Assembly: GCA_030698625.1 (NCBI GenBank)
Contig: JAUYMS010000044.1
Span: forward strand, 30,898 to 94,897
Origin: Candidatus Omnitrophota bacterium
Lineage (GTDB): Bacteria; Omnitrophota; Omnitrophia; Omnitrophales; Aquincolibacteriaceae
Length of the DNA: 64,000 nt
Direction of reading: 5' to 3'
In this document: positions 9,380 to 19,163 of the stretch, piece by piece
Numbering within the stretch: position 1 is the stretch's first letter
Layout: each line of letters starts with the position of its first letter
Notes under the pieces: model-generated
Told to the model about the DNA's origin: nothing
The model's input: only the letters and a program-made list of their open reading frames with translations
Databases searched by the model: none
Made by a program: the position numbers and the translations under genes

Positions 9380-10708
9380 ATGGATGATAACAAAAAAAGC
9401 ATTTCTGTTTTAATTATGAATACGGTTGCATTCACCGTTTGCTTCGCATGTTGGATGACTTACAGTATTCTCATTGCGCATTTGGTGAGCCTGGGCGAAT
9501 TTGAGTGGAGCGCAACCCAGATCGGAGCGCTCATCGCGATCCCTGTTTTAACGGGTTCTCTGATGAGGCTTCCCCTCGGACTCCTGACGGACATCTTCGG
9601 AGGGCGCATTGTCTATTTTGTATTGATGCTGTTCGCGGCGGTCCCGATGTACTTTGTGGGCGAGGCAAAGAGCTATCAGGATTTTTGGATTGCCGGGCTT
9701 GGTTTTGGTGTCACCGGCGCTTCTTTTGCTGTCGGCATCGCCTATACCTCGGTTTGGTTTTCCAAGGAGCGGCAGGGGACCGCGCTTGGTATTTTCGGCG
9801 CGGGGAACGCGGGAGCAGCCTTAACGACTTTGGGGGCACCGATTCTCTTGAGGTGGCTTCCCGACTGGCGAATACTGCCCAAGATGTATGCCGCAGCCTT
9901 GGTCCTCACGGCGATTGTGTTTTGGTTTCTAACGCATACCAAAAAGAGCGTCTCGGGGGAGCGCCTCTCCATCGCCCAAAGGCTTGCGCCTCTCCGCAAA
10001 GTCAGAGTCTGGCGATTCGGGCTCTACTACGTTCTGGTTTTTGGCGCCTTCGTTGCCCTAACCGGATGGCTTCCTGTTTATTACATCAATGTTTATAAAC
10101 TCGATCTTGTTAAGGTGGGGCTCCTTTCGAGTATTTTTGTCTTACCTTCGGGGCTGGTTCGAGCCTTGGGCGGCTGGCTGTCGGATAAATTCGGCGCCCG
10201 AAAAATAATGTATTGGGTGCTCGGCACCTGCCTCACAGCGAGCTCTATTTTGATACTCCCGCCCACGCTGTTGAATGTGGCTGTGTTTACGGGGCTGGTT
10301 TTCATGATCGGAATCGCGATGGGCATCGGCAAAGCTGCGGTGTATAAGTTTATTCCGGATTATTTCCCTACCGAGATTGGGATTGTCGGCGGGCTCGTGG
10401 GTGTGCTCGGCGGGCTCGGCGGATTTTTCTGCCCGAAACTTTTCGGAATCTTCTTGGAAGGGACCGGGGTCTGGACGACCTGCTGGGTTTTCCTTGCCGC
10501 TCTTTCAGCCGTGTGCCTGTTCTGGCTGCGGCATACGGTGCGCCAAATTGATAAGGATGAGATCCTTAATTTTGCAGAAGCCATTGAGGGTCTTGAAAAC
10601 GAGGAAGTTCTTCTTACCTTCAAAAATCAAAGATTCGTTGTCCGCAGGGCAGCCGACGTGCTGGTGTCCCGAGTGAAAAATTTGGAAGAAATCAATTTTC
10701 AGAGTTAA
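9380..10708 (+). CDS. narK: MFS nitrate/nitrite transporter (NarK/NrtP family)
   Basis: 442 aa with 12 TM helices and Gly-rich nitrate/nitrite porter signature motifs. Strong RBS AGGAGG. Confidence 0.8.
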   Translation: MDDNKKSISVLIMNTVAFTVCFACWMTYSILIAHLVSLGEFEWSATQIGALIAIPVLTGSLMRLPLGLLTDIFGGRIVYFVLMLFAAVPMYFVGEAKSYQDFWIAGLGFGVTGASFAVGIAYTSVWFSKERQGTALGIFGAGNAGAALTTLGAPILLRWLPDWRILPKMYAAALVLTAIVFWFLTHTKKSVSGERLSIAQRLAPLRKVRVWRFGLYYVLVFGAFVALTGWLPVYYINVYKLDLVKVGLLSSIFVLPSGLVRALGGWLSDKFGARKIMYWVLGTCLTASSILILPPTLLNVAVFTGLVFMIGIAMGIGKAAVYKFIPDYFPTEIGIVGGLVGVLGGLGGFFCPKLFGIFLEGTGVWTTCWVFLAALSAVCLFWLRHTVRQIDKDEILNFAEAIEGLENEEVLLTFKNQRFVVRRAADVLVSRVKNLEEINFQS

Positions 10709-12485
10709 TAAGGGCCAGGAACAGAGAACCGTACTTCTCCAGTTTTTTGTCGCCGACGCCGGGGAGTTCGGCGAATTCTTCCAGGGTTTTGGGGCGGCGG
10801 GTGAGCATTTCGAGCAGGGTCGCGTCATGAAAGATGACATAGGGTGGCACGCTTTTCTCGGCCGCAAGACCGCGGCGGCATTCGCGTAATTGTTCCCACA
10901 GGGGGACATCTTCGGGTTTGATGATTCTGGAAACCGCGTCTTTGCTTTTCGATTTGGTTTTAGATTTTTTGACCCTGACCGGTTTTTGCTCCCTGCGAAA
11001 ATCAATTTTTTGGTCCTCAAAGAGAATCTTGTGACTCTCAGGCGTAAATTTGAGCGATCCGTGCTTCATGTCGACGCTCAAATACCCCGCAGCCAACAGC
11101 TGTCTATAGACGGAACGCCAGGTAAACTCATCCAAATCCGCGCCGACTCCGAAGGTTTTAACCTGGTTATGACCGAACCGCTCGATGCGTTCATTGGTTT
11201 TCCCCAAGAGCACGTCAATTAAATAGCCGACACCGAACCTTTGATTGGTGCGATGGACACAAGACAGGGCCTTTTGCGCCGCGATGGTACCGTCCCAAAG
11301 TTCGGCGGGCGCGAGACACGTATCGCAGTTGTTGCAGTTGTCCTGCGTGCTCTCGCCGAAATAATTTAAAAGCAGTTTTCGCCTGCAAGCCACGGTTTCG
11401 CAAAAGTTGATGAGGGCGCCGAGTTTATGATGCTCGACGCGTTTGTGGGCTTCATCGGCCCGAGACCCGTCCACCATTTGACGGCGCAGCACAACGTCTT
11501 GCATGCCGTAAACCATCCACGCATCCGCCCGGATTCCGTCCCGGCCTGAGCGCCCGGTCTCCTGATAATAGGCTTCAATGCTGTCGGGCAAATCCAGATG
11601 CGCCACAAAGCGCACGTCAGGCCTGTTAATGCCCATACCAAAGGCAATTGTCGCCACGATAATAAGACGATCTTCGATAAGAAAGCGGTCTTGGTTAAGT
11701 TTTCTCATCTGATGCGATAGGCCGGCGTGATAGGGCAGGGCCTTAAACCCTTTTTTCTGCAGCCAGTGGGCGGTCTCCTCAACTTTTTTTCGGGTCAGGC
11801 AATAAACGATGCCGCAGGAGGACTGATGGGTTTCCAGAAAGGATAAAAGCTGTTCCCGGGGTTCGGTCTTAAGCGCGACGTGATAACGAATATTCGGGCG
11901 GTTGAATCCACTGATAAATAACCGGGCGGGTCCGAGTTTTAACCGGGTGACGATATCTTCGCGCGTGTGTTGATCGGCCGTTGCCGTCAAGGCGATGCGC
12001 GGAATGCCTTTGAATTCTTCTAAAACCGCGAGATCGAGATAGCTGGGTCTGAAGTCATGCCCCCACTGCGAAACACAGTGCGCTTCATCAATGGCGAATA
12101 AGCAGATTTTGACCTGCCGCAAGAGTTCGAGCGTGCGCGGTTGGATGAGCCGTTCGGGGGCGATATAAAGGAGGTCGAGCTCGCCTTTGCGCAGTTCATT
12201 CTCGACCTGTTCGGCGTCATCGGATGCCAAGGATGAATTCAGGAATTCGGCGCGGACACCCAATTCTCTGAGGGCATTGACCTGGTCCTGCATGAGGGCA
12301 ATCAAGGGTGAGACGACGATCGCGGTGCCCTCAAGGGCCAGGGCAGGAATCTGGTAGCAGAGCGATTTCCCGCCGCCGGTAGGCATGAGAATCAGGGCAT
12401 TCTTTCCTGCCATTACGTGGTCAATAATGATATCCTGCTGGAGCCGGAATTGCGCGTGGCCGAAGATCCTACGAAGAATTTCCAT
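10692..12485 (-). CDS. recQ: ATP-dependent DNA helicase RecQ
   Basis: DEAH helicase motifs, Zn-binding cysteines, and RQC and HRDC C-terminal domains. The conserved N-terminus (MEILRRIFGHAQFR) supports the start at 12485 rather than the longer ORF reaching 12671. It overlaps the narK 3' end convergently by 17 nt. Confidence 0.9.
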   Translation of the reverse strand: MEILRRIFGHAQFRLQQDIIIDHVMAGKNALILMPTGGGKSLCYQIPALALEGTAIVVSPLIALMQDQVNALRELGVRAEFLNSSLASDDAEQVENELRKGELDLLYIAPERLIQPRTLELLRQVKICLFAIDEAHCVSQWGHDFRPSYLDLAVLEEFKGIPRIALTATADQHTREDIVTRLKLGPARLFISGFNRPNIRYHVALKTEPREQLLSFLETHQSSCGIVYCLTRKKVEETAHWLQKKGFKALPYHAGLSHQMRKLNQDRFLIEDRLIIVATIAFGMGINRPDVRFVAHLDLPDSIEAYYQETGRSGRDGIRADAWMVYGMQDVVLRRQMVDGSRADEAHKRVEHHKLGALINFCETVACRRKLLLNYFGESTQDNCNNCDTCLAPAELWDGTIAAQKALSCVHRTNQRFGVGYLIDVLLGKTNERIERFGHNQVKTFGVGADLDEFTWRSVYRQLLAAGYLSVDMKHGSLKFTPESHKILFEDQKIDFRREQKPVRVKKSKTKSKSKDAVSRIIKPEDVPLWEQLRECRRGLAAEKSVPPYVIFHDATLLEMLTRRPKTLEEFAELPGVGDKKLEKYGSLFLALINSEN

Positions 12486-12626
12486 TGGGGTTGGTCGCAT
12501 TGGGCATTTTACCATATGGGGCCCGGAGTTCCCCTGCTGTTTGGCCCTTTTGCAACCGGGTTTTCTTAGGGTACACTGTATAGGTAGAAGACGTAGTAGG
12601 TGTGGCGCGCAAGGAGCGCCTAAGCC

Positions 12627-13715
12627 ATGCAACAGCAAGATGGCCCCGTAAGCGAGCGGCCAAAAAGACACATAGTTTGGGGCTTTTTGTGTCTGGCGGC
12701 GGTGGTCACCGTGGATTACCTGACGGGCCCCGAAATCGCGGTGTCGATCTTTTACCTCCTACCAATCGCTTATCTTGCCTGGTACGGCGGCCGAAATGTC
12801 GGCTATGGCATTGCCGTGGTCGGTGCAGTCCTCTGGTTTTTTTCCGATGTGCTGTCGGGCTCAGATTACTCCCACCCCGCGATACCCTACTGGAACGCGT
12901 TTGTCCGGCTGGGGGTATTTCTGATCGTTGTCATAATTTTACTGCGCCTTCAGCAAGAACTAAGACTACAGCAGCAAACCAATAGCCGTCTGGAGCGCGC
13001 CAATGATGAGGTCCTCCGGCTCGCCAATCTCAAGTCGGAGTTTACCGCGATGGTCTCTCACGAATTACGCACTCCGTTGACGGCCCTTAAGGAATCTCTG
13101 GGGATTCTCTCGGACGGATCGGCCGGCTCCCTTAATCAGGAACAGCATGATTTCCTGGAAACGGCTTCGCGCAATGTCAATCGCCTGGCCCGCCTCGTCA
13201 ATGACGTCCTGGATATGCAACAGCTCGATGCCGGAAAAATGAAGCTAACGATCAAAGAGGTGGATTTGAACCGCCTCATTTCCGAGACCTGTGAAAGCTT
13301 TGAACTCCTGGCGCGGCACAACGGCCTTAAACTGGAAAAGCGTTTGGATCCTGCGGCTGTTTCTGCCAGGGCCGATGCCGACAGAGTGACGCAGGTGCTG
13401 AACAATTTCGTCGACAACGCTATCAAAAATAGCAACTCGGGGACTATCACTCTGGGCACCGAAAACCGCGGCGGAAATATCCGCGTGACGGTAACCGATC
13501 AAGGGTGCGGCATCCGGAGCGAAGACCAGGGGATGATTTTCGAAAGCTTTCAACAGGTGGCCAAACCGGGGACCGGCCGGGCCGGCAAGGGCTCGGGCCT
13601 CGGCCTTGCCATCGCGAAGAAAATTATGATGCAGCACGGCGGAAAGATAGGCGTCGAGTCCCAGCCCGCAAAAGGTTCGACTTTTTGGTTTACGCTTCCC
13701 GGAGGTTCCAAATGA
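12627..13715 (+). CDS. Sensor histidine kinase (membrane, DUF4118-like N-terminus, HisKA + HATPase_c)
   Basis: H-box SHELRTPL, N/G1/G2 boxes (DQGCGI, GSGLGLAI). RBS AAGGAG. Confidence 0.8.
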   Translation: MQQQDGPVSERPKRHIVWGFLCLAAVVTVDYLTGPEIAVSIFYLLPIAYLAWYGGRNVGYGIAVVGAVLWFFSDVLSGSDYSHPAIPYWNAFVRLGVFLIVVIILLRLQQELRLQQQTNSRLERANDEVLRLANLKSEFTAMVSHELRTPLTALKESLGILSDGSAGSLNQEQHDFLETASRNVNRLARLVNDVLDMQQLDAGKMKLTIKEVDLNRLISETCESFELLARHNGLKLEKRLDPAAVSARADADRVTQVLNNFVDNAIKNSNSGTITLGTENRGGNIRVTVTDQGCGIRSEDQGMIFESFQQVAKPGTGRAGKGSGLGLAIAKKIMMQHGGKIGVESQPAKGSTFWFTLPGGSK

Positions 13716-14977
13716 TGACCAAGGCAGATCGGCCCGTGATTTTGATTATCGATGATGAGCCCGATATCCTCAAGGTGCTGGTCAAGCGCCTAGGCGCCGC
13801 GGGCTATGCGGTCGTCTCAGTGCAGGACGCCCGTGAGGGTATCGTTAGGGCCAGAGACCTTATGCCGGCCTTAATCATTCTGGACATCATGATGCCGCAT
13901 CTCGACGGCATGTCGGTCAAGCGTCAGCTTAATGATGACCCCTCCATTCGTGAGATCCCCGTGCTGTTCCTGTCGGCCAAAGGCCAAGTGCATGATAAGA
14001 TCGCAGGTTTTCAGCTCGGGGCCGACGATTACATTACCAAGCCTTTCGAAATCAATGAACTCCTGGCGAGGATCGGCGCGTCCATCGCACGGAAAAGGAA
14101 ATATGAAGCAAACTCCACGATCGACGGTCTTACGGGGCTGGGGAATGTCCACGTGTTTCACAAGCAACTGGCCTTATTTTTCGGAATGTCCCGCAGATAC
14201 CATCGGCCGATGTCGATGATCGTGCTGGATCTCGACAGCTTCAAGCAGATTAATGACACTTATGGTCACAAAACGGGCGACTTGGTCCTTAAGGCTGTGG
14301 GCCGCGCGATGCTCGACACCTTCCGGACCTCGGATGTGCTCGTACGCTACGGGGGTGATGAATTCGTGGCATTGCTGCCCGAAACCGATGAGGATAAGGC
14401 GAGGCGCGTGGGGGAACGGCTGCAGATGGCCTTCGAAAAAATCGGCATTTCGGTGGGGCCCGGCGTTCCTCCTATCACGGCACATGCAAGCCTCGGTATC
14501 GCAACCATCACGCCCGAAATGGCAACCGGGGACGAGCTGTTTGAACTCGCGGATAAACGTATGTACGAGTTCAAGCGAATGGAAGGAGGCACGTCCTCCC
14601 GGGCAAAACATATTCTTGTCATCGAAGATGAAAGTGACATCGCCAAGGCCATTGCCTTCCGGTTGAGAAAGATTGGCTACAGAGTCACAGTAAGCGCCGA
14701 CGGGGAGGCCGGCATGGAAGTGGCCAAGCGCTTAAAGCCCGATTTGATCGTCCTGGATCTCATGCTTCCGAAACTTTCGGGCGAGGACATCTGTAAGGCT
14801 ATCAGGGAAGACGACGACGAGGTTTTTGCCCGCACTCCCATTGTTATGCTCACAGCAAAAGACGGTGAGATCGATCGCATCATCGGCAGAGTTCTCGGCG
14901 CCAACATGTATATGGTGAAGCCGTTCGAATCCGAGGAGCTCCTGCAGAACGTGACCCTGCTCGCCGGCCGCCCGTAG
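13712..14977 (+). CDS. Response regulator with REC-GGDEF-REC architecture (predicted diguanylate cyclase)
   Basis: ATGATG start overlaps the kinase stop (ATGA); RBS GGAGG at 13701. Two receiver domains (IIDDEPD...ILDIMMP and VIEDESD...VLDLMLP) flank an intact GGDEF motif (RYGGDEFVALLPE). Confidence 0.8.
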   Translation: MMTKADRPVILIIDDEPDILKVLVKRLGAAGYAVVSVQDAREGIVRARDLMPALIILDIMMPHLDGMSVKRQLNDDPSIREIPVLFLSAKGQVHDKIAGFQLGADDYITKPFEINELLARIGASIARKRKYEANSTIDGLTGLGNVHVFHKQLALFFGMSRRYHRPMSMIVLDLDSFKQINDTYGHKTGDLVLKAVGRAMLDTFRTSDVLVRYGGDEFVALLPETDEDKARRVGERLQMAFEKIGISVGPGVPPITAHASLGIATITPEMATGDELFELADKRMYEFKRMEGGTSSRAKHILVIEDESDIAKAIAFRLRKIGYRVTVSADGEAGMEVAKRLKPDLIVLDLMLPKLSGEDICKAIREDDDEVFARTPIVMLTAKDGEIDRIIGRVLGANMYMVKPFESEELLQNVTLLAGRP

Positions 14978-15038
14978 ACCGCCGAACATACTTTTCGCTT
15001 TTGGTTATAGCGTCCGTCCCCTAAAATAGAGCTCTCTT

Positions 15039-16007
15039 ATGCGAGCCTTTAAGATATCCCTCTTATTGATCTTCGGTTTCATGGCTGTTGCCACCGCGGA
15101 GGCGGATGACTCCATCGGCTATGTCGTGGAAGTCCAGGGAGAGGCCTATGTGCAAAGTGAAGGGGAGACCGAAGAACTCCTGCTGGCTCAGGACGATCCC
15201 GTTTATGAGAATGACACCGTTACGGCCGGCGCGGCATCTTCAGTCCAAATCGAATTTCGTGATGAAAGCCTGTTTTCATTATCCGAGAACACCCGTGTGC
15301 GTTTGGATAAATTTGTCTATGACGAGACGTCCGGGGCCGGAGAATCTGCGACTTACGTCGCGAAGGGGATCTTTCGGTATGTTTCGGGACGGATTGCCGA
15401 GAAGCAACCCGAGAACGTGAACATCGAGCTTCCTGCCGGTACGATCGGGATGCGCGGTACGGTCATTGTCGGCGAGGTTGTCGGGGAACGCAGTCTTGTT
15501 GCCCTGGAGGCTGAGGAGGGTGAGGCGGAGCCGCGGCACTGGGTCGTATTCAGCAGTGTCGTTGACGGAGGGGTGGAACAAGTGGAGATTCGTCGGCCGG
15601 GATTCGCGTCCGTCATTGCGCACAAGGGCGAAAGGGCCGCGGCGGCATTTCGCTTGGATGAAGCTCAAAAGGAACGATTTAAGAGCAGATTGCCGCGCCA
15701 GAAATTTTTCAAGCGTGCCGCCGACGGGCGTCCCGAATTTCCCGCACGGCCGGAGGGGCGGAAGCGGCGCGAGCAAATGAAACGCGAGATGCGTGAGAAA
15801 CACGAGATACGTGAGCGAAAAGATGCACCGCAAGTCTCGGATAAACCCGGCGGCGCGGAAAGCCGTCAGGCACGCGTGCAAAGGCCGGGACAGAAGCAGA
15901 TGCAGAAACAAAAAAAGAGACAGATGCAAAAGCAGGGACAGAGAAATAAACAGCGCAAGCCCGGTAAAGACAAGGCCGGTTCGCGCTCCGCACCGCCAAG
16001 CAGATAG
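15039..16007 (+). CDS. Secreted FecR-domain protein with a K/R/Q-rich basic C-terminal tail (paralogue 1)
   Basis: Signal peptide, then a FecR-like beta-sandwich region. It is homologous along its length to the ORF at 19871..20788 (FRDESLFSLSENTRVRLDKFVYDE versus LLDESLFHIGPESELTLDEFVYEP; GTIGMRGT versus GTMGIRGT). Confidence 0.6.
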   Translation: MRAFKISLLLIFGFMAVATAEADDSIGYVVEVQGEAYVQSEGETEELLLAQDDPVYENDTVTAGAASSVQIEFRDESLFSLSENTRVRLDKFVYDETSGAGESATYVAKGIFRYVSGRIAEKQPENVNIELPAGTIGMRGTVIVGEVVGERSLVALEAEEGEAEPRHWVVFSSVVDGGVEQVEIRRPGFASVIAHKGERAAAAFRLDEAQKERFKSRLPRQKFFKRAADGRPEFPARPEGRKRREQMKREMREKHEIRERKDAPQVSDKPGGAESRQARVQRPGQKQMQKQKKRQMQKQGQRNKQRKPGKDKAGSRSAPPSR

Positions 16008-16059
16008 AAAACAACAAGTATGAAAAATACAGCAACTGCGTCATTGACGTTCACCTGGC

Positions 16060-17103
16060 ATGAATAATCGCCCTTTTGGCTTGCCGTTTCGTTGGCTGGT
16101 CACCCTTGCGCTTTATGTTTTTCTCGCCGAGGGTCTTGTCATGCTGGTGTTTACGTTTTTCCCGCCCATGCTCCCGTGGGTCGAGGGGCCTCTTGATGCT
16201 TTTTTGGTTACTGTGATGACCCTCCCCGCACTCTATGCCTTTCTGTACCGGCCGATGCACAAATATATTCAAGACATGGAAACGGCGAAAGCCAAGCTCG
16301 AAAAAGAGGTCGAGGAGCACAAACAAACCACGGAGGCGCTTAGGCGGTCGCAGTCTCAACTGATCCAGGCCGAGAAGATGACCGCCGTCGGCCTGCTTGC
16401 GAGTGGTATTGCCCACGAAGTGAAGAACCCGTTGGGTATCGTTATGCAGGGGGTGGATTGTTTAGGCCAAGAACCGCCGATCGAAGGAGATGAAAGAAGA
16501 GAAATCCTGGAAGAGATAAAAAACGCGATCCTAAGGGCGGACAGAATAATCCGCGGTCTTCTGAGGTTCGCACGCCCGGCCAGGCTGGAAAGGAAATCTA
16601 CCGACTTGAAACAAGTCATCGAGGAATCGCTTGTCTTGGCGGAAAAGCAATTTCTTGTTAAGGACATAGAAGTCATCAAAGAGTTTGCTGACCCGACGCC
16701 GTCGGTTACGATAGATGAGAATCAGATGGAGCAGGTCCTTATCAACCTGATTCTAAACGCTTTTCAAGCCATGCAAGGTGGCGGGAAACTTTATATCCGG
16801 TGCCGCGTCGACAAACTCACAGCCGGGCAAGCGGCAAAGGACGGTATGGCAGAAGACCGATTAAGAGAGGGTGATCCGGTCCTGATTTGTGAAATACAGG
16901 ATACGGGAAAGGGGATTACTGCCGATGAATTATCCAAGATATTCGATCCTTTTTTTACGACGAAGACCGTGGGAGTAGGAGTAGGATTGGGATTAAGCGT
17001 GTCAAGGACCATTGTGGAACAGCACCGGGGAATCATCTTTGCAGACAGCGAGAAAGGGCAGGGGACCTTGATGACGGTCATTCTGCCGTTAGACCCAGAC
17101 TGA
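16060..17103 (+). CDS. Sensor histidine kinase (2 TM, HisKA, HATPase_c)
   Basis: H-box IAHEVKNPL; DTGKGI and GVGLGLS ATP-binding boxes. Confidence 0.8.
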   Translation: MNNRPFGLPFRWLVTLALYVFLAEGLVMLVFTFFPPMLPWVEGPLDAFLVTVMTLPALYAFLYRPMHKYIQDMETAKAKLEKEVEEHKQTTEALRRSQSQLIQAEKMTAVGLLASGIAHEVKNPLGIVMQGVDCLGQEPPIEGDERREILEEIKNAILRADRIIRGLLRFARPARLERKSTDLKQVIEESLVLAEKQFLVKDIEVIKEFADPTPSVTIDENQMEQVLINLILNAFQAMQGGGKLYIRCRVDKLTAGQAAKDGMAEDRLREGDPVLICEIQDTGKGITADELSKIFDPFFTTKTVGVGVGLGLSVSRTIVEQHRGIIFADSEKGQGTLMTVILPLDPD

Positions 17104-17119
17104 GAAAGGAACCACTCTT

Positions 17120-17518
17120 ATGGATGTAGCGAAAAGAAAAATTCTCTTAATTGACGACGAAGTATCTTTGTGTAAGTTCGTGAAGAGGAATCTCGAGCAT
17201 ACGGGCAAGTTCGAGGTAACCGTGGCGCATTCCGGTGAAGCTGGGGTGGAAAAGGCCAAAGCCGTAGAATTTGATCTGGTGATTACAGATTACAAGATGC
17301 CCGGCATGGATGGCCAGCAAGTGATCCGCGAAATCAAAAAGATGAAACCCAAAGAGCCCGTCATCTTGTTTTCGGTTTATCATGATGATCCGGGCACAAT
17401 CGGTCCGGGCCTGTTAGGACAGGCCGATGGTCTCATCTCAAAGCCCATCGAGCATGCAGAGCTTTATTCTGTGATTAAGAAGGCCTTGGCGAAAGTCGGC
17501 AAAAACATCGAGGATTAG
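17120..17518 (+). CDS. Stand-alone receiver-domain (CheY-like) response regulator
   Basis: 132 aa with ILLIDDE...DLVITDYKMPGMDG...K receiver motifs and no output domain. Confidence 0.8.
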   Translation: MDVAKRKILLIDDEVSLCKFVKRNLEHTGKFEVTVAHSGEAGVEKAKAVEFDLVITDYKMPGMDGQQVIREIKKMKPKEPVILFSVYHDDPGTIGPGLLGQADGLISKPIEHAELYSVIKKALAKVGKNIED

Positions 17519-17559
17519 TACCCCTTCGCAAAACCGCTTGTTGCCTCGGGACTTAAAAA

Positions 17560-18129
17560 ATGGAAATGACGCAGTTAACCGTGGGTGAAATCAAAGCGGA
17601 TGTTCTTAAAAAGAACATAAAGAATCTGCATCTGCGCGTCTATGCCCCGACGGGCAGCGTGCGGATTACGGCTCCGCTCAGAATGACGCTGGATGCGATT
17701 CAAGCTTTTGCCCTTTCGAAGCTGGATTGGATAAAAAAACAGCGGCAACGGCTCATGCATCAGGAAAGACAAACTCACTCTATTGAAGAGGGCAAGACGG
17801 ACGAGTGGTGCAGGACGAACCTCAGGGAAGCCCTGCCTGCGCTGGTTGAGGCGTGGGAAGCGGCGATGGGCGTGCAGGTCAAGGAATGCCGAATTAAGAA
17901 AATGAAAACGCGGTGGGGGACATGCAACACAAAAGCGCGGCGTATTTGGATCAACCTCGAACTCGCCAGGAGGCCGTCCGAATGGCTTGAGTACGTGATT
18001 GTTCACGAAATGGCGCATTTGATCGAAAGCGGGCACGGGCCTAGATTTCGAGCGCTCATGGATAAATATCTTCCCGGCTGGCGCCTCCGAAAAGACGAAT
18101 TGCGGCACGTCTATAATGCGCACCTATAA
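17560..18129 (+). CDS. YgjP/DUF45-family (SprT/WLM-like) zinc metallohydrolase
   Basis: HEMAHLIESGH HExxH zinc motif within a conserved YgjP-like C-terminal block. Confidence 0.7.
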   Translation: MEMTQLTVGEIKADVLKKNIKNLHLRVYAPTGSVRITAPLRMTLDAIQAFALSKLDWIKKQRQRLMHQERQTHSIEEGKTDEWCRTNLREALPALVEAWEAAMGVQVKECRIKKMKTRWGTCNTKARRIWINLELARRPSEWLEYVIVHEMAHLIESGHGPRFRALMDKYLPGWRLRKDELRHVYNAHL

Positions 18130-18135
18130 ATTCAA

Positions 18136-18978
18136 ATGAAGTCCTTTCTTCGCTTTTTCGTATTAGTTTGTCTGCTTTTGGCCATAGCGGCGGCTTTGCT
18201 TTGGCCGAAACGATCCGACTTTCTTGCGCGCGGTCTTGAAAAATGGATTTCACAAACGCAAAGTGAATTATTCATAGGGCCCGTTGATGTGCAGGGGCTC
18301 GAGCTTAGCCCGGGTCTTTTTATCAAGATCAAAAGCATGCGCGGCATCTGGCGGACGCAGGAAGGGAGTTTCCCCTTCGAGCTTCGTGATATCCAAGTCG
18401 CGGAGCGCATCACCCACTTTCTCCTCGGCAGACCCGTGAACATTTCGTTCGGACAATTCCGTCCGGCAAATTCTCAGCATGCGGGCGTTTCAGGCAGGGT
18501 CACTTTATATAACGATCCCGGTGAAACTTTTGAACTCAAGGCCGATTTTTACGGTCTTGATCTTGAAGAGCTTGCCCCGTTCAACCCGGAGGTTCTGAGT
18601 AAATCCTCAGGGAAACTTACGGGCGATATTCTTGTCAAAGCGCATAAAGCAGGGACCGAAAAGATCAAGCTGAGTCTTAATGTGACACCGCCCGGGGGCC
18701 GATTACCCGCGTATTTTTTTGATATGCTGCTTCCTTACCTGCCGCCGGCCGAAAAGGAGGCGCTTTCTCAGATCCGGACCCTGAAAAGCGTGAAGTATGA
18801 AAGCGCTCAGGTCACCGCCGAACTGGCCGAAAAGGACGCTTTAAAGATTCTTTTGAAAATTAAGGTTCCGGCCTATAATGTGAATTTGAATTTAAACCTG
18901 ACCATCCGCGTCGAAGACAATACAGCGTTTTCCGAGCTGGCAAAGTTAATGGGTCTCATAAAGGTAGGTGTCTCATGA
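18136..18978 (+). CDS. Membrane-anchored periplasmic protein of unknown function (possible miniature YdbH/AsmA-like partner of YnbE)
   Basis: N-terminal TM anchor. It is translationally coupled to the YnbE-like lipoprotein gene, overlapping it by 4 nt. Confidence 0.45.
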   Translation: MKSFLRFFVLVCLLLAIAAALLWPKRSDFLARGLEKWISQTQSELFIGPVDVQGLELSPGLFIKIKSMRGIWRTQEGSFPFELRDIQVAERITHFLLGRPVNISFGQFRPANSQHAGVSGRVTLYNDPGETFELKADFYGLDLEELAPFNPEVLSKSSGKLTGDILVKAHKAGTEKIKLSLNVTPPGGRLPAYFFDMLLPYLPPAEKEALSQIRTLKSVKYESAQVTAELAEKDALKILLKIKVPAYNVNLNLNLTIRVEDNTAFSELAKLMGLIKVGVS

Positions 18979-19163
18979 AAATGGGCTGGAAACTGGTAAC
19001 CGCGGGTCTGTTGCTGCTGAATCTCACCGCATGCACCGCAAAAGTTGTGGGCGATCCGAACCGCCCTATTACAATTAATGCCAATGTTGTGGTCGATATA
19101 CGCGGCCTCAAACAAACGGCCACCGGCATCGAAGCTTTGGTTGCTCAGGGAGGGCAGTTATGA
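18975..19163 (+). CDS. ynbE: YnbE-family small lipoprotein
   Basis: 62 aa with a lipobox LTAC; the size and sequence are typical of YnbE. Confidence 0.6.
   Translation: MKMGWKLVTAGLLLLNLTACTAKVVGDPNRPITINANVVVDIRGLKQTATGIEALVAQGGQL

Noticed and set aside
10692-10708. 17-nt convergent overlap of the narK and recQ 3' ends
   Set aside because: Checked as a possible mis-annotation or fusion. Both C-termini are consistent with their families (the RecQ HRDC end; the MFS end), and short convergent overlaps are common. It is not a feature in itself.
12486-12671. Longer RecQ N-terminus (start at 12671) given in the ORF track
   Set aside because: The extra 62 residues are not RecQ-like. The conserved RecQ N-terminus (MEILRRIFGHAQFR) begins at the internal Met corresponding to 12485, and that start leaves a sensible ~140-bp divergent promoter region before the + strand kinase.
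15088-16054. Multiple overlapping ORFs (110-216 aa) on both strands across the basic C-terminal tail of the first FecR-like gene
   Set aside because: These are products of GC-rich, low-complexity coding sequence for a K/R/Q-rich tail. Only the frame continuous with the signal-peptide / FecR-domain N-terminus is credible.
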